The position numbers and the translations under genes were made by a program. Shown piece after piece: positions 48,783 to 58,824 of a stretch of DNA of 64,000 bases (positions are counted from its first letter, which is position 1; each line of letters begins with the position of its first letter). The DNA is taken from positions 32,001-96,000 of the IMG/VR virus record IMGVR_UViG_3300034069_002177. The stretch is one strand, 5' to 3'. Under the pieces are notes generated by a model. That model had not been told where the DNA came from. It saw nothing but the letters and a program-made list of their open reading frames with translations, and did no database searches. The stretch is from a virus (lineage: Duplodnaviria; Caudoviricetes).

Positions 48783-48854
48783 GCCTCGTTAGTTCAGCGG
48801 AAGAATGCCTCTTTCCTAAAGAGTTGGTCGCTGGTTCGAATCCAGTACGGGGCA
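48783..48854 (+). tRNA. tRNA-Arg(CCT)
   Basis: Loop TTCCTAA. Confidence 0.9.
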
Positions 48855-49209
48855 CTGGGAAAACACCAACAGATTCGATTAGTCATCGAGGAACTAAGTT
48901 GGTGAGGGTGGTCGTTCACCGTGAAAAGAACGATGTCTGGTGATGTAGACGAGGTACCTAGCCTGAATCACAAGCGGATGAGACGGTTAGCTGGTTGGTG
49001 GACGCTCGATAAGGGTGGTTTCCGTACTCGCTGATTTGTGGGGTATAGATTCCGAATACTGCGACCCATCGTGGAAGACAACAAGCGGCTTGACTGGTCG
49101 CCCAAGTGACAAGTGTGGTGGAAATCCACTAGTAATCAAGAGCGTGGTACAGGGATCATAACCCTGCCTCCGTGAAGGTTTTAAGCCGGAGCGGCTTGGT
49201 TGCGATTTA

Positions 49210-49283
49210 CGGAGTATGGGAAAATTTGGCAATCCGCGCCGTTCGGGACGGCGAGAATGAGGGTTCAAATCCCTCTACTCCGA
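49210..49283 (+). tRNA. tRNA-Pro(CGG)
   Basis: C1-G72, loop TTCGGGA. Confidence 0.9.
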
Positions 49284-49377
49284 CATGGGGCGAGTGAGTC
49301 CGCGAAACCTTGGTGTTGACAACACAAGTAGACGTGGGCGCGGTCGCGTGTTTTCTCGACACCCTGTATCGTCAAAT

Positions 49378-49634
49378 GCAGTAGGGTTGAGGAACAGAAA
49401 TGCGGGCAGCAATGTGCCGCTACCGTAGGTCGAGACTACGGCGCTCCACCAAACTTTTGACACAGATTGGTCAACCCCGGCGCTTTAGGGGCTGAGAACG
49501 GCTCACAGAGCCAGTGGTCGTGGGCGAAGCGTGAAGGCATCCTGGGTAAGTCCTTCCGGCAAGCTACCAACGCGAATTCTGAGGTTCATGTCTTGGAAGT
49601 GCTGGGGACGTGGGTTCGATTCCCACCGACTGCA
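49378..49634 (+). ncRNA. second swapped-acceptor double tRNA/tmRNA-like element with internal Ala-type CCA end
   Basis: GCAGTAG/CGACTGC outer stem; internal CGTAG-GTCGAGA-CTACG T arm plus GCGCTCC-A-CCA, then GGGGCTG; terminal GTGGG-TTCGATT-CCCAC. Confidence 0.65.
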
Positions 49635-49660
49635 CAACGTCAGCAATGCGCTGACCGTAT

Positions 49661-49734
49661 GGTGTTCGTAGCTCAATTGGCAGAGCGGCAGGTCGTGAAC
49701 CTGTTCGTTGCGGGTTCAAGTCCCGTCGTCCACC
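49661..49734 (+). tRNA. tRNA-His(GTG), atypical (C33, two acceptor mismatches)
   Basis: G-1:C73, loop TCGTGAA. Confidence 0.72.
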
Positions 49735-49766
49735 TGAAACGATACCCTTATCGTCAAAAGGAATAA

Positions 49767-49840
49767 CAGGATGTAGCGCAGTTTGGTAGCGCGCCAGTTC
49801 GGGGAACTGGAGGTCGCGGGTTCAAACCCCGCCATCCTGA
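49767..49840 (+). tRNA. tRNA-Pro(GGG), C33
   Basis: C1-G72, loop TCGGGGA. Confidence 0.82.
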
Positions 49841-50016
49841 CACTTATCGACATCCGTTAACGAATGACACCGTACTGTTTTATGGTATAAACACCCCAAT
49901 AGAGGGGTGGTTGTTCGATAGCGGGTACATTCCACATAAAAATGGCTTGACAGATGAGACAATTTCATACACGGCAAAATGGTTGCTGTATCTACATCCG
50001 AAAGCTCATCCCGACC

Positions 50017-51537
50017 ATGCTCCCAACTTCCCGCCAACTACTCGTTGGAGACTCCGCTGAAAACAGCATCATGCAGACAATTACGATTGCTGTTTCAGCA
50101 ATCCTTATTGCCGCTGGTCTTGTTACCGCTCCGGGTCTTATCAACAACGCCCGCGACAACAACGCCACTTCTGACTTGGCTAACGTAGCCTACGCTCAGG
50201 AAGGTGCGCTTGCTGTTGACGGCAAGTACCACTCTGACATCGATCCTAAGTCAACTGCTGATGATTCCCTCATCAAGACTGGCGGTGTCAAGTACACCTT
50301 CTCGGGCAAGACGACCAATCAGGCTGCATTGACTTGCGATACGCCAACCGCTGCCTACCTCATTCGCACAACCGCTGCTAATGGCAAGACTTTCTACCGC
50401 GCATCCGGTTCTGCTACGACTTCTACGGACCTTTCCAAGCTCACCATTGCAGATTGCATCAAGGCGCTTCCGGGATGGACCAGCTTCGAGATTCCTCAGC
50501 CCTCCGCTGGTGGCTCAACCACACCTTCTGCTGGTGCTTTCGTTGTCAAGAATCTCGCTAACCCCGGTCTTCGCTCCGCTGTTGCTAGCAACGGAAAAAT
50601 CTACGGTACGTTGAACTACGGCGCTCCTGACACTACTCAGTCGCCCGACCAAGACGGCAACCAGCCCGAACTTCCTCTAGATTTGCGAATTTCTTCTGAC
50701 AACGGTGCTACATGGTCAAGTGCAACTGGTCTACCTTCTAACCAGTTGATGGACAACATCCACGCTTCTGCGGATGGTCAAACCATCATCTTGACGCCTG
50801 GTGACAGCAACGGTCTCTACATCTCACACGATGCGGGCGCTTCATGGTCTCGCGTTGATGCCGCTGGAGAAAACAACTGGAATGGCGCGGTCACGTTGTC
50901 AGATGATGGCAAGACTATCGTCCTTTCTTCCCAGGATCAGAACAACTTTGATTATGGTACTGGACAGAACACTGTTGTTCCTGGTGGAGCAATGATCTCG
51001 CACGATGGTGGTGCTACCTTCACTACCAAGAACGTTGGGTCGGGAAACGACTTCCACGCATGGGCAACTTCTTCTGACGGAAGCGTCATTTACGGTAATG
51101 CAAATGACGGCACATTGTACAAGTCAACCAATGGTGGAAACACCTTCACTGCTCTATCTACGAGCACTCAAGGTGACTCTGCCATCAGCACCAATTCTGA
51201 TGGAAGCAGTGTCCTGCTTGTTGACGGAAACGATAGAGGAAACAACTTGTCGCTTTCTACAAATGGCGGTCAGTCCTTCAAAAACATCTCTCCGACAAAT
51301 GATCCTGATAATCGTAGATTCTGGTTCAAGTCGGATATGAGCGCCGATGGCAACACCATTGTTGTTGGTGATGGCAATGGTAACCCTGATTCATATATCT
51401 CAACCGATGCTGGTTCGACGTGGACCAAGGTTGACGGTACTTCTGGTCAGATCGGTTCAGTAAGTGTTTCTGCTGATGGTAAGACTTTCACAGTAACCGA
51501 TTCGAACAACCGCAGCACCGCAGTTGGTACCCGCTAG
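50017..51537 (+). CDS. type IV pilin-like protein fused to a BNR/Asp-box beta-propeller
   Basis: Hydrophobic helix then NNARDNNATSDLANVAYAQE pilin alpha1-C pattern; six S-x-(D/N)-x-G-x-(T/S)-(W/F) repeats. Confidence 0.78.
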   Translation: MLPTSRQLLVGDSAENSIMQTITIAVSAILIAAGLVTAPGLINNARDNNATSDLANVAYAQEGALAVDGKYHSDIDPKSTADDSLIKTGGVKYTFSGKTTNQAALTCDTPTAAYLIRTTAANGKTFYRASGSATTSTDLSKLTIADCIKALPGWTSFEIPQPSAGGSTTPSAGAFVVKNLANPGLRSAVASNGKIYGTLNYGAPDTTQSPDQDGNQPELPLDLRISSDNGATWSSATGLPSNQLMDNIHASADGQTIILTPGDSNGLYISHDAGASWSRVDAAGENNWNGAVTLSDDGKTIVLSSQDQNNFDYGTGQNTVVPGGAMISHDGGATFTTKNVGSGNDFHAWATSSDGSVIYGNANDGTLYKSTNGGNTFTALSTSTQGDSAISTNSDGSSVLLVDGNDRGNNLSLSTNGGQSFKNISPTNDPDNRRFWFKSDMSADGNTIVVGDGNGNPDSYISTDAGSTWTKVDGTSGQIGSVSVSADGKTFTVTDSNNRSTAVGTR

Positions 51538-51561
51538 AACCAATCTGCATCAACTAGCACC

Positions 51562-51600
51562 AGAAGCCGTGATACTCTCCCGATGAGTGTCACGGCTTCT
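51562..51600 (+). terminator. intrinsic terminator
   Basis: AGAAGCCGTGATACTC/GAGTGTCACGGCTTCT stem. Confidence 0.75.
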
Positions 51601-51692
51601 GTCGTTCTTACTCCTAGATTTTTCTTTATCCGCTACGTAGAATTCAACTCCATAGCGTCACCTACAACCGAGCATAGAACAGGAGAAAACCA

Positions 51693-52190
51693 ATGACCGG
51701 TGTAATTGTACTGAATGCAAGTTATGAGCCCCTAGGCGTTGTTTCGCTCCACAAGGCGATGAAGAACATCATCCGTGGTCGTGTCGAAGTTGTACGTGCG
51801 CACGATTCTGATGTCATCCACACGTCTTCTGGTGTGCTCGCTGTGCCTATCGCTGTTCGTTTCACCAAGATGGTTCGGGTTCCTTACCGTAATGGTGAGA
51901 TGCAGCCGCACCTGAAGAAGGTTTTGATCCGTGACAACTACACGTGTGCCTACTGCGGTAAGCACGCTAAGACAGTTGACCACATCCAGCCTAAGTCCCG
52001 TGGTGGTAAGAACACGTGGATGAACCTCATTGCTGCTTGCCAGCCTTGTAACGGTAAGAAGGCGAACAAGACTCCTGAGGAAGCACACATGGTTCTTCAG
52101 TTCCAGCCGCACCCTGTCTACCAGCAGGATGTCCTGACGGCGAACATTGCCAAGACAGGCTTCAGCATGGATACTCTGTTCGACTTCTGA
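51693..52190 (+). CDS. HNH endonuclease (actinobacterial LNASYEPL family)
   Basis: RDNYTCAYCG...TVDHIQPKSRGGKNTWMNLIAACQPCNGKK. Confidence 0.9.
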   Translation: MTGVIVLNASYEPLGVVSLHKAMKNIIRGRVEVVRAHDSDVIHTSSGVLAVPIAVRFTKMVRVPYRNGEMQPHLKKVLIRDNYTCAYCGKHAKTVDHIQPKSRGGKNTWMNLIAACQPCNGKKANKTPEEAHMVLQFQPHPVYQQDVLTANIAKTGFSMDTLFDF

Positions 52191-52290
52191 ACGAACTAGC
52201 TACACCCTCGGGGACAACTATCTATGGGTGGTTGTCCCCGAGCCATTTGCGGAGTACGCTCCGCTTGTCAGTCAAGAGAAAGAGAAAAAG

Positions 52291-53493
52291 ATGAGTAACG
52301 AATTAGGATTCCCAATCGAGATGATTGGTACCAAGGCTCCGGTCCGAATGTGGGCTAATGAGTGGGAAGTAGAGCATGATGCGTTGAAGCAGCTACGGAA
52401 TATTGCTTCGATGCCTTGGGTTCACGGCGTCCGTGTGATGCCTGACGTGCATGTCGGCAAGGGCGCTACCGTTGGTTCGGTTATCGCTATGAAGCAAGCC
52501 GTATCTCCCAATGCTGTTGGTGTTGATATTGGCTGTGGAGTTGTAGCCGTTCGCACGAGCTTGCGCGAAGAAGATTTAGAGCGTTTGCCTCAGTTACGTG
52601 CGGCTATTGAGAACTCCATCCCTGTCGGTTTCCGTGGACATGACCGTGATGTGAATGTCCGCCAGCTTGGTCTTGAACGAGGCTGGGATAACTTCTGGGG
52701 CGACTACAAGAATTTGCACAAGGATGCCGATGCTATTGAGGGTAGAGCGCACTCTCAAATGGGTACATTAGGTGGCGGTAATCACTTCATCGAACTCTGT
52801 GTAGACGAAGCCGGTGATGTGTGGCTAACGCTGCACTCCGGTTCTCGTAACATCGGCAAGTCACTTGCGGAACGTCACATCGACATTGCGCAGAAGCTTG
52901 CTCACAATGACGGCTTGGTTGACCGAGACCTGGCGGTGTTCTTATCGGGTACGCCCGAAATGGATGCTTACCGTCACGACTTGATGTGGGCTCAGGAGTA
53001 TGCGCTACGTTCTCGCTCGATCATGATGGCGCTGTTCCGCAAGGCACTTCGTGATCACTACGGTGACAGCAAGACCGTCACCTTCGATGAAGAAATCAAT
53101 GTGCACCACAACTACGTCGCTGAGGAAATCATCGACGGCGAAGAGATGTTGGTTACCCGTAAGGGCGCTATTCGCGCAGGTCTTGGCGATGTTGCATTGA
53201 TTCCTGGTTCGATGGGTACCGGTTCGTATGTTGTTCGTGGTCTCGGAAACGATGCTTCGTTCCAGTCGGCATCTCACGGCGCTGGTCGTCGTATGAGCCG
53301 CAGCGCTGCAAAGCGGAAGTACACGGTCGAAGACTTGATTGCTCAGACAAAGGGTGTTGAGTCTCGTAAGGACCAGGGTGTTGTCGATGAGATTCCAGCG
53401 GCATACAAGGATTTGAAGCATGTCATGGATTCGCAGTCGGACTTGGTAGAAATCGTTCAGCACCTACGAACGGTTCTCTGCGTCAAGGGCTAG
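52291..53493 (+). CDS. rtcB: RNA ligase RtcB
   Basis: MPDVHVGKG, GVDIGCG, GTLGGGNHFIE, LHSGSR, HHNY, TRKGA, IPGSMG, SHGAGR, DEIPAAYK. Confidence 0.96.
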   Translation: MSNELGFPIEMIGTKAPVRMWANEWEVEHDALKQLRNIASMPWVHGVRVMPDVHVGKGATVGSVIAMKQAVSPNAVGVDIGCGVVAVRTSLREEDLERLPQLRAAIENSIPVGFRGHDRDVNVRQLGLERGWDNFWGDYKNLHKDADAIEGRAHSQMGTLGGGNHFIELCVDEAGDVWLTLHSGSRNIGKSLAERHIDIAQKLAHNDGLVDRDLAVFLSGTPEMDAYRHDLMWAQEYALRSRSIMMALFRKALRDHYGDSKTVTFDEEINVHHNYVAEEIIDGEEMLVTRKGAIRAGLGDVALIPGSMGTGSYVVRGLGNDASFQSASHGAGRRMSRSAAKRKYTVEDLIAQTKGVESRKDQGVVDEIPAAYKDLKHVMDSQSDLVEIVQHLRTVLCVKG

Positions 53494-53592
53494 ACGGTAT
53501 TGCTCAGAAGAGAGGCTCGAAAGGGTCTCTCTTCTTTGCGTAACCGCCTATGTCGGATGACTGCGTTAGACTTGTATCAACAAAGGAGATTC

Positions 53593-54201
53593 ATGTCCGA
53601 CCGCTCTCACCTCATTCGTGACACTACCGTCGATGTCAATGGACACCCTAAAACGGTGTATCGCAAACCGGGCGACCCCGCGCCAACGAACAACAGCCGC
53701 TCCGGTGGTATCGGCGCTCCGATTTCTTCACGACTTGTCAAGGTGGTTCCTGACCACTCGCAAGAGTTCCCTATCGCGGCAGATAAGTTCGATTCTCGTT
53801 GGGCTGAAACTAATCGTGTGAAGTACGCTGATGATTACATCAACGAATTCCAAGCGTGGAATGGCTGGAACGATTACAACCCAAACGGCACCCTCAACGC
53901 TCAGTCTGGTGATGATGGCATACTCTACTTCGTGGAGCCTCATACTGGCGATTTGGTTCTCACTGGTACGCCTGGTGAATTTTACATTGCAGCCATTTCA
54001 TCGCCACCAGTTGTCGAGCCCATCGAGTCCGGCTACAAGATCACGTACGTATCAACCGATTATGCAGAGGATGACAACCACCTCACCACCTTCAATATTG
54101 ACGCTAAGGGTGACTACACCGGAGAACCGGGTACGCTCGACACGTTCGGTAGTAACCTTGATGCAGAAAGCGCTCTCGGTGTTCTGCGTGGAGAGAACTA
54201 A
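53593..54201 (+). CDS. hypothetical protein with N-terminal VDVNG motif
   Basis: RBS AAAGGAG. Confidence 0.7.
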   Translation: MSDRSHLIRDTTVDVNGHPKTVYRKPGDPAPTNNSRSGGIGAPISSRLVKVVPDHSQEFPIAADKFDSRWAETNRVKYADDYINEFQAWNGWNDYNPNGTLNAQSGDDGILYFVEPHTGDLVLTGTPGEFYIAAISSPPVVEPIESGYKITYVSTDYAEDDNHLTTFNIDAKGDYTGEPGTLDTFGSNLDAESALGVLRGEN

Positions 54202-54316
54202 ACACATTTGATTGTGCTGAGAAGGGAAGTCTTTTACGGCTTCCCTTCTTGCATTTAACGGTCTCGTATGACTCGGGATGCTAACCTCTGTGTAGTCAAA
54301 ACGAGAGGCTCCTAGC

Positions 54317-54961
54317 GTGAGTATTGTCCAGAATCCCAAGTCCGATGTCACAGAAGACAACATTCAACTCACGGGTAAGAATGCCCTTTTGGCTTGGAAC
54401 CGTATTTCGACTGTACTTGCCGAGCATGGGGTCGATGATTCCACCGCTATTTCCAAGGCGGTCGCAAGGCGTCTAGTCGAGGACCACATCGTAGAAGGAG
54501 ATTTTTTCACACCCGGCTTGACTCATAACAGCAGCATTCGTGTTCGCAAGCTTGTGGATAATGCAGTTGTTCCTCATTTTGCTCACGTCACCGATGCCGG
54601 TGCTGACCTCATCAGCGTAGAAGATGTCGTGATTCCCGCTGGCGGACACAAGATGGTAGGTACTGGTATCGCTATCGAAATTCCTCTCGGTCGCGTTGGT
54701 CTTGTCCACCCTCGTTCCGGTCTTGCTGCGAAGCATGGCATCACCGTCTTGAACACCCCTGGCACTATTGACTCCGGTTACCGTGGTGAAGTCAAGGTAA
54801 TCCTCTACAACAGCACGAAAGAGGATTACGAAGTTGCTGTAGGTGACCGTATTGCTCAGTTGGTTATCCAAGAGCATGATTACCCGTTGTTCATCGAGGT
54901 CGAAGATCTCGCAACTTCCGACCGTGGTGAAAACGGTATCGGGTCCACAGGAAAGAACTGA
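54317..54961 (+). CDS. dut: trimeric dUTPase with ~70-aa N-terminal extension
   Basis: AGADL, PRSGLAAKHG, GTIDSGYRGE, GDRIAQ, RGENGIGSTG. Confidence 0.93.
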   Translation: MSIVQNPKSDVTEDNIQLTGKNALLAWNRISTVLAEHGVDDSTAISKAVARRLVEDHIVEGDFFTPGLTHNSSIRVRKLVDNAVVPHFAHVTDAGADLISVEDVVIPAGGHKMVGTGIAIEIPLGRVGLVHPRSGLAAKHGITVLNTPGTIDSGYRGEVKVILYNSTKEDYEVAVGDRIAQLVIQEHDYPLFIEVEDLATSDRGENGIGSTGKN

Positions 54962-54966
54962 ACCAG

Positions 54967-55440
54967 ATGAAGAAAATCTTTGCCGTATCGGCATTGGTAA
55001 TGACCATTGGGCTGACGCTCGTTGGTTGTACTAACGCGAGCACAAACGGTGGCGGTACAGATGGTGTTCTTGCGCCGACGACCAAAGGTGATGATGTCAC
55101 TATCAGTCAGCTAAGCCAGGCAGAGACCGATAAACTTGTCGATGCTTCTGGTTCGAACTTCAGTGATTTCACGCCGGTTGCAAAGGGCAACAAGGTTACT
55201 TTTATTACGGTCGGTAGCAAGACGTGCAAGGAGACTCCTATTGCTGCCAAGGCAGAGAGCGATGCTACCAAGATCGCATTCAAGGTCTACGACCAGAAGA
55301 CGACCTGTTCCAATGATTTCGGCACTTACGGTTGGACCATCACATTCAAGAACACCACTCCTTTCGCTGGTGCTCCCTTCCTTCGTTGTGAGGGTGACAA
55401 ATGCTATAGCGATACCACAAACGACACCAAGGCTTGGTAA
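54967..55440 (+). CDS. lipoprotein, unknown function
   Basis: Lipobox LVG-C; two Cys pairs. Confidence 0.75.
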   Translation: MKKIFAVSALVMTIGLTLVGCTNASTNGGGTDGVLAPTTKGDDVTISQLSQAETDKLVDASGSNFSDFTPVAKGNKVTFITVGSKTCKETPIAAKAESDATKIAFKVYDQKTTCSNDFGTYGWTITFKNTTPFAGAPFLRCEGDKCYSDTTNDTKAW

Positions 55441-55443
55441 CGA

Positions 55444-57075
55444 GTGAGTGATGGTGATTTCTCCGGTTTTGGTGCCGGGGTAGACAACAACGATAATTCG
55501 AAGAGGTCTTGGTATGACGGATTATCGCCAGAGGAACGTGCGCGTTATCAGGTAGAGGCTCAGAAGAAGCTACAGAACAGCAATCCGTCTTCTCGACCTC
55601 CTGTGCAACCAGTACGTCCGGTTCAGCCGGTTCGCCCTGTGCAGCCGGTTCGCCCTGTGCAGCCCATACGACCCGTCAACCCCACGCAGCAGCAAGTACC
55701 CGTATCTCGGGCTCGGTCGGCTCAGCCAGCCCCACAGCGCCCTGCGGCACCGGTTCAGGCAACCTCATACACATCTTCGCCGCCACCCACTCCGCAGCGT
55801 TCTTTACCCCCGGAAGCACCCTCAACACCTACTTCTTTTCTAAGCCCTTCTTCGACTCAGCAGCCTTCGGGAGATATTCAGCCGCCGCCGCCTGACCCGT
55901 ATCGCTATCTTCAGGCGGCACCTCAATCCTTCGAGGATCAGTCGCCGCCTTCGACTCCTAGGAATCCTTCATATCTTGATGACTTTGATGGCTTAGATAG
56001 ACAACAGCCGGTTCCTCCTATCGATCCTGCCGTTTTGCTGGATCCTTATGGTCGGGCTGCGATAACTCCACCCGAATTCCGCCCCTCTCCCCAAGGTCAA
56101 CCTGTTCCAGAATATCGCAACTATACGGAACCAACTCCCGGACAAACCCAGTATCGCCCCGCATTCAATCCGGTACCAAATTTCGCTCAGCAAGGACCGA
56201 CATACGCCCCACGCCCGCCTAGGCGTCGCAAAAAGTCTTTCATCCCCTTTACAATCGTCGCGGCATTTCTCGCGTTTGCCTTGGGAGCGGGAATCCCGTT
56301 AATTGGTCAGTACAGTGGTTCTGTGCAACAGTCAATAACTAACGCCGCCCCGAGTTCTCATGTAGGGACGGATGGCTCTATTGCCACTGTTACCGATCTC
56401 TCTACGACGTTGGCTGCGTCTGAGCAGATTCTCAAAGGGTCTGATGGTGTCAAGTCAGCCGCCGATTTAAAGGCAAAGATAGCGACCGCCACAAAGGTTG
56501 TAGCAGATAGCAAAAGCACCCCGGCAGAGCTTGGAAAGGCTCAGAACGAACTTGCTACAGTGACTGCCGATGTACGCCAGGAAGTACGCGTAGTTCAAGT
56601 GAATACTTACTCGGCAGCAGTAAAGACTAAACTTGCCAATGGCGAATTCCACCAAGGTGCTACTCGTAAAGACGATGTTCGCAACATGCTCGATACCCTC
56701 GGTGGTCAGGACATCGGGGTTATCTATGTTGACAGCCCTTGTGGTCTCACTAACGCCGCAGGTTGTGTCAAGAGCGAAGATCCTTCTGTCATGTACATCT
56801 CTCCCAAGATTTTGAACAAGGCTTACTACCAGGACTACATGTTGTTGCAGACTGTTGCCCACGAATACGGACATACTGTTCACTTCCGTACAGGCTACTA
56901 CCGTGTTTTCAATAACCCCGAAGTCAAGGCAGCTTTCGGCAAAGACCCAGAACATATTGCTGACTGCATGTCTCAGGACATTACGGGAGTGGTATTTACG
57001 ACCTATGGTTACACATGTGACGCTTCGCAACTCGCTGCTGCGAGAAAAATCTGGAATGATGACCTCGCATCTTGA
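55444..57075 (+). CDS. Pro-rich single-pass membrane protein with C-terminal HExxH (zincin-like) domain
   Basis: PVQPVR repeats, TM after RRRKK, VAHEYGH. Confidence 0.7.
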   Translation: MSDGDFSGFGAGVDNNDNSKRSWYDGLSPEERARYQVEAQKKLQNSNPSSRPPVQPVRPVQPVRPVQPVRPVQPIRPVNPTQQQVPVSRARSAQPAPQRPAAPVQATSYTSSPPPTPQRSLPPEAPSTPTSFLSPSSTQQPSGDIQPPPPDPYRYLQAAPQSFEDQSPPSTPRNPSYLDDFDGLDRQQPVPPIDPAVLLDPYGRAAITPPEFRPSPQGQPVPEYRNYTEPTPGQTQYRPAFNPVPNFAQQGPTYAPRPPRRRKKSFIPFTIVAAFLAFALGAGIPLIGQYSGSVQQSITNAAPSSHVGTDGSIATVTDLSTTLAASEQILKGSDGVKSAADLKAKIATATKVVADSKSTPAELGKAQNELATVTADVRQEVRVVQVNTYSAAVKTKLANGEFHQGATRKDDVRNMLDTLGGQDIGVIYVDSPCGLTNAAGCVKSEDPSVMYISPKILNKAYYQDYMLLQTVAHEYGHTVHFRTGYYRVFNNPEVKAAFGKDPEHIADCMSQDITGVVFTTYGYTCDASQLAAARKIWNDDLAS

Positions 57076-57142
57076 CGTAGATCAATTTGTCTGGTAGATT
57101 AGGTCTGATCGGACAAAGTGTTCGGGACAAGCTAGTTGAGAG

Positions 57143-58063
57143 ATGAATGACAACCTACGCCGATATGACCTAATCCAAATCCACTTCGATACCCGTACCA
57201 TCAGCGGCAGTAAACCATTGTGCTACCTCGTAGCTGCCGTTGGGGACGGCTCTGGTGAATTTGAAGTCATAACCGATGAATTTGAACCCCGTGAGAATGC
57301 TCATGGGGAGCTTGCCGCGCGCATCGTCGATACCTGCATGAAGGTTGCTTCCAATAACCCACAGGCTCCGATTGAAGCCTTGGTTTACAATTCCGGTCCA
57401 CGCAAGAACATCTTGGCTATCGGAAGCGAATTCGGTCATGTGCGTTTCGCGCTACAGTCGGAGTTGAACAAGTCAAGTGCAGGCGGTCAGATAGTTACCG
57501 AAAAGACTCATAGTTGGGTAGTGGGTACCCCTGAGGTCGTTCAGGAAGATAGCGGTTCTGAACCAATGACTTTTGTGGCAACAGATGGAAGTCTGAACAA
57601 GTTCTACGCTGGTGGTTCCTACGGCTGGATTTCCTCTGACGGAGAGTTCGGTTACGGCGGTGTCGTACGTGGTGAAAGTTCACTTATCTGTGAACTTATT
57701 GCCATCAAAGAAATGCTTTCTTCGATGAAGCGAGACAATGTAAGGGTTCTGGTTGACAACCGATTAGCTATCAAGATTTCACGCGAGCCTGATTCGATGG
57801 GTGACAGCAAGCTTGTGAGCAAGCGTGCGCTTACGTTGGCTCGTAGCATCGCAGACCTAGTAAAGAAACGCAAGAATGTCGAGTTCCGTTGGATTAAGGG
57901 GCACAGCGGACATCCTTTGAATGAGGGTGCCGACCGTTTGGCGCGCAACGCTAGACTTGCTCAGTCATTCGATCAAGACAGCACGACAGTGAGCCAAATC
58001 GCACAGACCATTGCTGATGATATTACTGAGGAATACAACGCCTACGCCGAAACAGTACGCTGA
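57143..58063 (+). CDS. RNase HI-like protein with extra N-terminal domain
   Basis: ATDGS, CELIAI, LVDN, FRWIKGHSGHPLNEGADRLA. Confidence 0.88.
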   Translation: MNDNLRRYDLIQIHFDTRTISGSKPLCYLVAAVGDGSGEFEVITDEFEPRENAHGELAARIVDTCMKVASNNPQAPIEALVYNSGPRKNILAIGSEFGHVRFALQSELNKSSAGGQIVTEKTHSWVVGTPEVVQEDSGSEPMTFVATDGSLNKFYAGGSYGWISSDGEFGYGGVVRGESSLICELIAIKEMLSSMKRDNVRVLVDNRLAIKISREPDSMGDSKLVSKRALTLARSIADLVKKRKNVEFRWIKGHSGHPLNEGADRLARNARLAQSFDQDSTTVSQIAQTIADDITEEYNAYAETVR

Positions 58064-58110
58064 CAACTTTCTCGCTGCTATCATCTGACGACGCCGCAAG
58101 ATAAGAATGA

Positions 58111-58824
58111 GTGTGCATGTCTTTCCCTCCCAATACGCCTGATGAGGCAAGGAGTTCCACCGCTGGGTTCTTTGCGAAACTTGTTATCTTCATCCTCGTT
58201 GTAACTGCTGCGTTTGTTGTTCCTTATGTCGTGGTGAAGCAAAACGAAGCAAAAGGGTCCACGAGTACCGTTTCGCCGGAAGCAGTACATGGAGGTACAG
58301 CCACCCCGCATCCAGCAGTAAACGATCCCGGAACGGTGAAGACAAGCGCGGGTACTCTGCCCGATGAGTTGACGTTCGTAGCTGGAGATTCGTTGCCTTC
58401 GTCTGCAACATTAGCACTGGCTTCTCCTTCTGAAGCGGGCTGGGATCTCATCAGTCAGACTAATGGCGTGAATACCTATAAGTACCGTGCGTTGGGGTGC
58501 ACTATCACTTCGCAAATAGTCTCGATGAAGTTCACAGCGACTGGCGAAGGAGCAAGTACAGAACTACTCACTAACGAATTGAAACAGACCGTTTCTAGCA
58601 GTGATGTGACGGTAGCCAACCTCGAATACAACTTCCAACCATTCGATACTCAGTTCGTTGGAGTGGGTACGAGCGATGGTGGACTTTTCAAATGGAATTA
58701 CGGTCGTGCCTTCCCCACGATGAACAAGGGCGTTTATATCACTGCATCGTGCGGCACCAAGGATACGATGTTCCAAGCAGCGGATGAACTCCGCGCACAG
58801 TTCGGTGTATTGATTAAGGCGTAA
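58111..58824 (+). CDS. single-pass membrane hypothetical protein
   Basis: N-terminal TM segment. Confidence 0.65.
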   Translation: MCMSFPPNTPDEARSSTAGFFAKLVIFILVVTAAFVVPYVVVKQNEAKGSTSTVSPEAVHGGTATPHPAVNDPGTVKTSAGTLPDELTFVAGDSLPSSATLALASPSEAGWDLISQTNGVNTYKYRALGCTITSQIVSMKFTATGEGASTELLTNELKQTVSSSDVTVANLEYNFQPFDTQFVGVGTSDGGLFKWNYGRAFPTMNKGVYITASCGTKDTMFQAADELRAQFGVLIKA

